From Octopus sinensis (Eukaryota): DNA of 5,302 nt. Of the stretch, positions 1-5,302 are shown piece by piece. Within the stretch, counting starts at the first letter, position 1. Each line of letters opens with the position of its first letter. The DNA lies in contig NW_021830094.1 of the NCBI RefSeq assembly GCF_006345805.1, positions 1-5,302 of the forward strand, written 5' to 3'. Made by a program: the position numbers and the translations under genes. Below the pieces are notes generated by a model. That model did no database searches and was not told the origin of the DNA. It was given only the letters and a program-made list of their open reading frames with translations.

Positions 1-190
1 ATACACATATACATAGATGTATATACATATATGCATACATGTACATATATATACACATATATATATAATATATATACATGCACACAAACATACATATATA
101 CAAACACACACACACACACACACACACAAACAAACACATACGAACAAACTAGAACACATGCACACACACACACACAGACCCATATACAAG
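1..190. repeat. Compound (CA)/(TA)-rich low-complexity tract including (AC)12 at 104-128
   Basis: Read directly: almost entirely AC/AT/ACAT units, with a pure AC run at 104-128. It generates the spurious H/T/Y/I-rich ORFs. Confidence 0.95.
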
Positions 191-596
191 TACGATACAA
201 AAGTCATTACATACTTTTGCTTTTCATTTCAGTTTCACAAACAATTGATGTTGGGTTCTTTGTTTTTGTTTTCTTTATCTTTTAGATTTGTTCTTTCTTT
301 TTCAGCTTTCATTTTCATCCCCCCCCCCACACACGGTCTTCCTCTTTTTTCTATCTCCCCTTCTATCTCTTCCTCTCCTCTTTAACACATATATGAAAAT
401 ATGTTACTCAAAATGGCATTATTTATTTAGGTATTTATTTATTGTCTTTGCAAATCTGTTTTATTTAGTTCCATACTATTTCGTTCTGATTTCATTTTCC
501 CAGACTCGGTACACTAAACGGTTGTCGAGTACGACTTTCATCAATTGTTCAAATATTTTTGGAAACATTACACTTAAACACACACATACATACACA

Positions 597-745
597 CAGT
601 TTCCTTCTATGAAATTCACTGACAAGGTATTGATCAACCAGGGGATTTAGTAAAAGAAGCTTGGCCAAAGTGCCGACACAACAGGATTGAACCAGAAACT
701 ATGTTGTAATGAAGCGAACTTCTTAACCACAGAGCCATAACTACG

Positions 746-746
<1 letters not shown>
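597..746 (-). mobile_element. tRNA-derived SINE head plus CORE-like segment (octopus-type)
   Basis: Minus strand reads ...TGGCTCTGTGG (A box, 737-727)...GGTTCAATCC (B box, 693-684)...GCACTTTGGCCAAG (673-660, resembles the CORE-SINE motif CCTTGGGCAAG)...CCTTGTCAGTGAATTTCATAGAAGGAAACTG, then a TG/TA tract. The body may continue in degenerate form to ~430 (GACAACCG at ~519-526 on minus). Family assignment rests on my recall of cephalopod SINE consensus sequences. Confidence 0.8.
684..737 (-). promoter_or_regulatory. RNA polymerase III type 2 internal promoter (A box 737-727, B box 693-684) of the SINE
   Basis: TGGCTCTGTGG approximates the A-box consensus TRGCNNARYGG. GGTTCAATCC matches the B-box consensus GGTTCRANCC. 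Spacing is tRNA-like. Activity unknown. Confidence 0.65.

Positions 747-781
<35 letters not shown>
746..781. repeat. Compound microsatellite (CA)9(TA)9
   Basis: Read directly: CA x9 at 746-763, TA x9 at 764-781. Confidence 0.97.
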
Positions 782-799
782 AACACCACACACATATGC

Positions 800-857
800 A
801 TGTATGTATGTATGTATGTATGTATGTATGTATGTATGTATGTATGTATGTATGTAT
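800..857. repeat. Perfect tetranucleotide microsatellite (ATGT)14
   Basis: Read directly: 14 uninterrupted ATGT units plus AT. Confidence 0.98.
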
Positions 858-1109
858 TAGAAGGTTTGGAGGTGATGTACAGGTATTATATATTGCAAGA
901 AATAAGGTACTCAGAAATCTGGATGGTTTTACATTTACAGATTTTTTATTAATGTCACAAGTTTTTATAAATCATATATGAAAGCTTGCATCTACTCTAG
1001 TAGAATCTTCAGATTTGAATTTTTTTTCTTTTGAGGGGATTCGTCTCTTTTTATAGTATCATTGAGTGTGTAGGGGTGGAGAGAGATATAGGATAGTAAA
1101 AGAGGGTGA

Positions 1110-1285
1110 TGAACGGGGAGAAAGTGAGAGAGTGTGTGTATCTGTGTGTTTGTCTGTGCCTGTGTATCTGAAAGAAGTGTCAATGGAAAAGAGAAGGAAA
1201 GAAAGAAGGAAGAGAGAAAGAAGAAACAAAATGTGTTTACATCTATATATATATATATATACACGCAAACACACACACACGCAAA
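1110..1285. repeat. Low-complexity GA-, TG- and GAAA-rich tracts with (TA)9 at 1244-1261 and a short CA run
   Basis: Read directly. Confidence 0.85.
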
Positions 1286-1949
1286 CATGTATTTCTTTTA
1301 TATATTTCAGTTCATTCCTTTATTGCTTTTTTTTTTCTTTACAATTGTCTCAGAAATCCCCATTCGCATTCTTTTCCTCTCGATAAATATATCAAAATAT
1401 ACAGCTTACATTGAAAATATACATAGGAACTGTTGAAGAAAATACAAATAATATTAAGCAATGACTAACATTATCAAAGCACTGAGATCCATTTACTCGA
1501 CTATAATCATCTGCCAAAATATGAAGCCTTCTATCTGTATTATTTAAATTGCCAACTAAGGGAAATAACCGCTGTTCATGTTTCGGTCTTATTACAAAAC
1601 TTCGTCTTTTCAGCGGAGCATACATTTCATCATATTTAAAGTGGTAATAGAAGAATCACTAAGTAAATGCCCAAGGTTGTAACACTGGTTGGTGTAGACA
1701 TCTAGAATTTTGTAAAGAAAGCTTTAAATGCCAATTTCATTCTTCTTAACTTCCACTGCTCAGTCACTATATTTTATTTATTCATTTATATATTTAGCTG
1801 CTTCATATTTTGAAAATAATACTAATTTCTTCAAATAAAAATACGTATTTTTTAAACTTCAGAATTATAAAGTCAAACCTTATCAAAAACAAAAAAAAGA
1901 GTCGATTATATTAAACTCAGTCACTACTGAAAAGAAAAGGAACGTTACC

Positions 1950-2065
1950 TATTGACTTCCGGTGAGACGAAAGGAGAAGTCAACACAGAGTAAACGCAGA
2001 GTGTAAAATAATAAAAATTCTTGAAATATATACACCAGCGATCCACCGAGTCTGACAGACTCCGC
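1950..2065 (-). mobile_element. Degenerate SINE copy A (second SINE family), 3'-truncated
   Basis: Shares GAGACGAAAGG (1964-1974) exactly with copy C (3154-3164). CGAGTCTGACAG (2047-2058) matches copy C CGATTCTGACAG (3270-3281) at 11/12. Motifs occur in the same order and orientation. Confidence 0.65.
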
Positions 2066-2201
2066 AATTAACTTCTTAAGTATCTCAAAATAGAACCCTT
2101 TATCTTTTATCGTCTTCCCCTTCATTCGTATTAGCCAAAATCCCTTTCTGTTTCTCATGGCTTTCACTTTATGTTCATCCCTAACTGCTTCATCCTGTAC
2201 T

Positions 2202-2203
<2 letters not shown>

Positions 2204-2235
<32 letters not shown>
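2204..2235. repeat. (ATT)10 trinucleotide microsatellite
   Basis: Read directly; ends 17 bp upstream of the SINE B head. Confidence 0.98.
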
Positions 2236-2237
<2 letters not shown>

Positions 2238-2294
2238 TCATTTTATCATTATGGCGGTAAGCTGTCAGAATCGCTAGCCCGTAGGACAAAATGC

Positions 2295-2870
2295 GGCAAG
2301 ACTTCCGCCTGTACTCACTCCGAAACCACTCTTTTCTAAAACTTTATTTTTTCGACACAACCCCTCCCACCTTTTCAGCTACGGAGAATACGAATCTGCA
2401 AAAAAATTGGCAAAAATCGACATTTCTAAATTACCCCCCCCCCCCCCCTCCCACGCATTTCTTTCATTTTAAACTTTTTTCAGAATTTTTTTTTTCTCAA
2501 AATATGCGGGAAAATACGGAGATTATGATTCTGAAAAAAATTTCCAAAAATCTTTGTAAAATTTTTTTTTTAAAGAATCTTTTCTTTCATAAATAGGCGG
2601 AAAAATACGGACATCAGGATTCGGAAAAAATTTCAAAACATTTCTGTACTTACGGTTTTTGGGGTTAGGGTTAGGGTTTTAGGGTTAGTGTTGCAGAAAA
2701 AAGTCAAAATTGAAGAAGTTGTGTGTGGGGGGGAATTTTCACAATGCCAATTTTTGGCAATTGTCCGGAACCTCCGTATCCAAAAACGGGGATTTTGGCA
2801 AAAAAAAAAATTACAAAAATAAACAAATTTGGGAGAAAATGGTGGGTGGTTGGGGGGCGGAAGTCTTTCC
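2295..2870. mobile_element. 576-bp non-autonomous TIR DNA transposon (MITE-like), 8-bp TSD, GG termini; Merlin-like by terminal signature, hAT not excluded
   Basis: Left TIR GGCAAGACTTCCGCC (2295-2309) vs reverse complement of right TIR 2856-2870 (GGAAAGACTTCCGCC) is 14/15. Flanked by the exact direct repeat CAAAATGC at 2287-2294 and 2871-2878; the bases on either side differ, so the TSD is exactly 8 bp. No transposase ORF. Confidence 0.9.
2661..2690 (+). repeat. Interstitial telomere-like tract GGGGTTAGGGTTAGGGTTTTAGGGTTAGTG; canonical G-quadruplex motif
   Basis: G-runs at 2661-2664, 2668-2670, 2674-2676 and 2682-2684 with loops TTA, TTA, TTTTA. Confidence 0.85.
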
Positions 2871-3096
2871 CAAAATGCTTACCGGCATTTCCTTCAGTTT
2901 TTTTTACATTCTTAATCAAAATCCCACCGAAGTTAACTTTACCTTTCATCCTTACGGGTCGATAAAATAAGTACCGGTTGAACACGAGTAGATGTAATTG
3001 ACTTTATCCTAAAATTGCAGGTCTTATCCCCAAAATTTAAGCCATTTTTATTTGGCTCAAGAAGATATATTTTTGAGGATGCGCACACCACTTAAA

Positions 3097-3146
3097 TCGA
3101 TAAAATATGTAACTACTACGTACGTGGTAGCTACTTATTTTATCGA
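3097..3146. repeat. 50-bp spacerless near-perfect palindrome (22 of 25 pairs Watson-Crick)
   Basis: TCGATAAAATATGTAACTACTACGT|ACGTGGTAGCTACTTATTTTATCGA, centred between 3121 and 3122. Confidence 0.9.
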
Positions 3147-3290
3147 CCCTAAAGAGACGAAAGGTAAATTCGACACGGTTGAATTCAAACTCAGAAGAAA
3201 GAACGTAGCATTAAAAATAAGATAAACAGAAGAAAAAGTAAGAAAGAAATCATCATCCGGTATTTTTACCGATTCTGACAGGCATAACCT
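3122..3290 (-). mobile_element. SINE copy C (inverted relative to B), 3'-truncated, with an internal A-rich expansion at ~3209-3250
   Basis: Minus strand has the A-box-like head CCTGTCAGAATCGG, the B-box-like GAGTTTGAATTC (3192-3181), then TTTACCTTTCGTCTCTTTAGGGTCGATAAAATAAGTA, collinear with copy B. Confidence 0.8.
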
Positions 3291-3479
3291 CGTTTACTTG
3301 TTAATAAATAACACAAAAGAGATCGTGGCATTGTTTCCTGCCTCCTTTATTATATTCCCGTTGCCCCTCTCTCTCTCTTAATACCTATGTCAACATTTAT
3401 AAATCATAATGGCTCTCCTACTTTATTGTTTTCCTTCAACAACTTAACTGTCTTTCCGGCTTCTCGATATCGCCAAACA

Positions 3480-3575
3480 GCTTTCTCTTTTTATCTTTTA
3501 CTTTCTGTCTACCTACCAACCTACACACCTTTCTTTCTTTCTATCTATCTATCTATCCATCCATCTACATACGTG
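3480..3575. repeat. Pyrimidine-rich compound STR with (CTTT)n, (CTAT)4 at 3541-3556 and (CCAT)2
   Basis: Read directly. Confidence 0.9.
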
Positions 3576-4327
3576 TTTTCTCTACATATTCTTTCTAATT
3601 ATCAATCTGTCTGCACCGCACTTTCTTCCTATTCTTCTTTACCTTCTGATATATCTAATTTGTCTATAAAAAACATCCAAAATATATAACTGGAAAATGG
3701 CGCTCGTTATCATTTTAATCTGACAACCACAATAACAGCTTGGACAGCAATAGGTCAACCTCAACGGGAAGCCACACTCAGCTGCTCATAATGTCATTAG
3801 GGTGAGAACTAGAAAAAAATATATAATAAAAGAAAGAGAGAATGGGTTGTCTCGATCATTTTACATCATCATCACCAGCCTACACATCAGAACAGACTGC
3901 CACACAGAAAGAGCATCGTGAATGAAATATATTTAAAGGGCTCAATCATTAAGTAGCTAAAGATGGTACGCCTACACCGGAAGCTGTGTCATATTTTACG
4001 TAAGGAGTGTATCTTGTGAGACAGTAAAAAGAATTTTTGAGGGAGGTTTAGGCAAAACGGTGTATGATGAGGAAACACAGAAAAGAAGAAGAAAAACAAC
4101 ATAAATAAAGGAAATAAACGAAAGAATTCAGAGTCTATTTTCTACTCTCTGACGTCTTCAACCTAAACTTAACCACGCAAAAGAGAACTGCGTTAGTTTT
4201 TAATTCAGTTTTTGTTTATTTCTATTTATTTATACATTCATTTATTTTGCTGATTTCTCTCTGCTTTTTCGGTCTTTAAATTGCTTTGCATTCGTTTGTG
4301 TTTCTTTCTCGGGATGAATGTCATTTT

Positions 4328-4470
4328 CTCACACATACATATACGCACACTCACATATATGTGTATGTATGCATGCACACACACGTTTATATACAGACAC
4401 TCATATATACTCACATCCAACCTCCCCCCCCCCCATACACACTCACACATACAAACACCCACCCACCCAG
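4328..4470. repeat. CA/TA-rich low-complexity tract with C11 homopolymer (4424-4434)
   Basis: Read directly. Confidence 0.9.
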
Positions 4471-4744
4471 CCATCTAAGTGCTGCAAATCAAGGTGAATA
4501 CCCTTTGCTAGTGATGTCTCACAAATTGGAACCTGTCCATTACATTCACCTGTTGGTTTAAAAGACACGGTACACTCCTAGCGGTTGCGTGTCTTTATTT
4601 TCCCAAACATTTGGATTAGCTCATATTTGAGTCATCTCCCTTGCTTGTCTACAGTGAGTAGTTGTTTCCTAATTGCAAGGATAATTCTCAGATAATTAAA
4701 GCTTTTTACCTCAAAGCTTTACGTATGTGGACAAACCACAAAAA

Positions 4745-4784
4745 TATATATATGTATGTGTATATATACATACACATATATATA
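4745..4784. repeat. Alternating purine-pyrimidine (TA/TG/CA) tract
   Basis: TATATATATGTATGTGTATATATACATACACATATATATA, read directly. Confidence 0.9.
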
Positions 4785-4960
4785 CGGCAATAAGAAAATG
4801 GAGGAGATCAAGAGTTGATATTCATCAACTTTTAGACATTATATTGCATGTTTAGTATTAAAAAACCAAACAACAATAAAATATACATGATATAACGTAT
4901 ATGCTATACATAATACCAGTAATTATTAAAATATATAACGTAGAACATATAAAGTAGAAT

Positions 4961-5028
4961 AGTTTCTTACAGCTGTTTCAGCCAAGAGGTCATAGTACCC
5001 CTCTTTACTTCATCTCTTCGGTGAAACT
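4961..5028 (-). ncRNA. Degenerate minimal type I hammerhead ribozyme (Penelope-like element type), probably inactive
   Basis: Minus RNA: AGUUUC-A-CCGAAGA-GAUGA-AGUAAAGAGG-GGUACUAUGA-CCUCUUGGCU-GAAAC-AGCU-GUA-A-GAAACU. Stem I is AGUUUC/GAAACU (6 bp). The core-like CCGA(A/U)GA replaces CUGANGA. Stem II has a 6-bp perfect AAGAGG/CCUCUU plus extension. GAAA is followed by a 2-bp stem III with palindromic AC-AGCU-GU and a GUA cleavage triplet. Confidence 0.55.
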
Positions 5029-5044
5029 GAAGTATTGGTAGATC

Positions 5045-5090
5045 ATCTATATATATATATATAGATATATACCACACACACACACATATT
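5045..5090. repeat. (TA)n tract with self-complementary flanks (5045-5066) followed by a short (CA)n run
   Basis: ATCTATATATATATATATAGAT, then ACACACACAC; read directly. Confidence 0.9.
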
Positions 5091-5302
5091 TACGTACCAA
5101 ACATACCCATAGGTACATAAATATTTCATGTGTGAGAAGGGAGGACTACTGTAGCAATTCGTATTTTTCTTTTTATATAATTATAATAATTATATACAAA
5201 CATATAAACATGCAATATGTTGTTATTCAGGGGGTTGGAGATAAAGGCCCACAACAAGTGGGTTAGGTTTAATTAATACCTGTGATATTAGTCGGCACTA
5301 AA

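Larger units (their letters stand above)
2253..3048 (+). mobile_element. tRNA-derived SINE copy B, split by a DNA transposon (5' part 2253-2294, 3' part 2871/2879-~3048)
   Basis: The head GGCGGTAAGCTGTCAGAATCGCTAGC has an A-box-like motif and shares CTGTCAGAATCG (2262-2273) with the reverse complement of 3270-3281. The 3' part ...ACCTTTCATCCTTACGGGTCGATAAAATAAGTACC aligns with the reverse complement of 3130-3170, including 18/18 at 2956-2973 vs 3132-3149. Removing 2295-2878 gives a continuous SINE. Confidence 0.8.

Noticed and set aside
17-650. ORFs 17-385, 31-285 and 288-650
   Set aside because: Translations of CA/TA and T-rich low-complexity DNA plus a SINE remnant (H/T/Y/I- or F/L/S-rich), with no recognisable domain.
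796-1436. ORFs 796-981 (MYVC repeats), 992-1288, 1059-1280, 1066-1386 and 1134-1436
   Set aside because: Products of the (ATGT)n, GA, TG and TA repeats; overlapping on both strands with no coding character.
1645-1700. TGCCCAAGG motif resembling the SINE CORE segment
   Set aside because: Only about 9 bp match, with no A/B boxes nearby.
1927-1940. Strong minus-strand splice acceptor (CCTTTTCTTTTCAG)
   Set aside because: Followed at once by stops and T-rich sequence, with no plausible exon.
1952-2062. Hairpins TTGACTTC/GAAGTCAA (1952-1983, enclosing GGTGAGACGAAAGG) and GAGTCTG-A-CAGACTC (2048-2062); first looked hammerhead-like
   Set aside because: No CUGANGA core or stem I/III topology; both lie inside decayed SINE copy A.
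2361-2660. Spaced internal repeats as a CRISPR-like array
   Set aside because: Eukaryotic context, only 2-3 divergent units, irregular spacing and no cas genes.
1949-2985. ORFs 1949-2167, 2157-2339, 2291-2596, 2704-2985, 2710-2970 and 2723-2965 as a possible transposase or SINE-encoded protein
   Set aside because: Short, K/F/P/G-biased by homopolymers, cross element boundaries and lack DDE or RT motifs.
3387-3689. 100-aa ORF
   Set aside because: S/L/Y/F-rich translation of the CT/CTAT tract.
3690-3811. Peptide LENGARYHFNLTTTITAWTAIGQ resembling fibronectin III F/G strands; nearby plus-strand donor (GTGAGA, 3802) and minus-strand acceptor (3809-3811)
   Set aside because: The frame is bounded by stops (3687-3689, 3789-3791) with no upstream acceptor. 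The alternative plus-strand exon lacks a polypyrimidine tract. The minus-strand acceptor leads to stops in all three frames.
4238-4561. ORFs 4238-4474, 4281-4478 and 4286-4561
   Set aside because: Translations of the CA/TA low-complexity tract.
4745-4784. 40-bp quasi-palindrome, and ATCT(AT)nAGAT at 5045-5066
   Set aside because: Alternating TA/TG/CA repeats are self-complementary by composition, so this is expected by chance.
5009-5037. Plus-strand hairpin TACTTCA...cTTCGg...TGAAGTA (5006-5034) with a UUCG tetraloop
   Set aside because: Overlaps the minus-strand hammerhead relic, which explains the region better; the inner stem is weak.
5246-5270. CCCAC-AACAA-GTGGG hairpin followed by GGGTTAGGTTT
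   Set aside because: A 5-bp stem and a single telomere-like unit near the window edge are not enough for a call.

Overview
AT-rich, microsatellite-dense eukaryotic non-coding DNA, either intron or intergenic. The STR spectrum and SINE-like repeats resemble what I recall of octopus/coleoid cephalopod genomes; this is from memory, not a database search. No protein-coding gene is supportable, and the listed ORFs are low-complexity or repeat artefacts. The window contains: (i) a minus-strand tRNA-derived SINE with clear A/B boxes (~597-746); (ii) three degenerate copies of a second tRNA-derived SINE in alternating orientation (-,+,-; ~1950-2065, 2253-3048, 3122-3290); (iii) a 576-bp non-autonomous DNA transposon (2295-2870) inserted into the middle SINE, with 15-bp GG-terminal TIRs, a perfect 8-bp TSD (CAAAATGC) and a TTAGGG/G-quadruplex tract in its interior; (iv) a spacerless 50-bp palindrome (3097-3146) formed from the end of the third SINE; (v) a degenerate minimal type I hammerhead ribozyme on the minus strand (4961-5028), of the kind carried by Penelope-like elements; (vi) many simple repeats.
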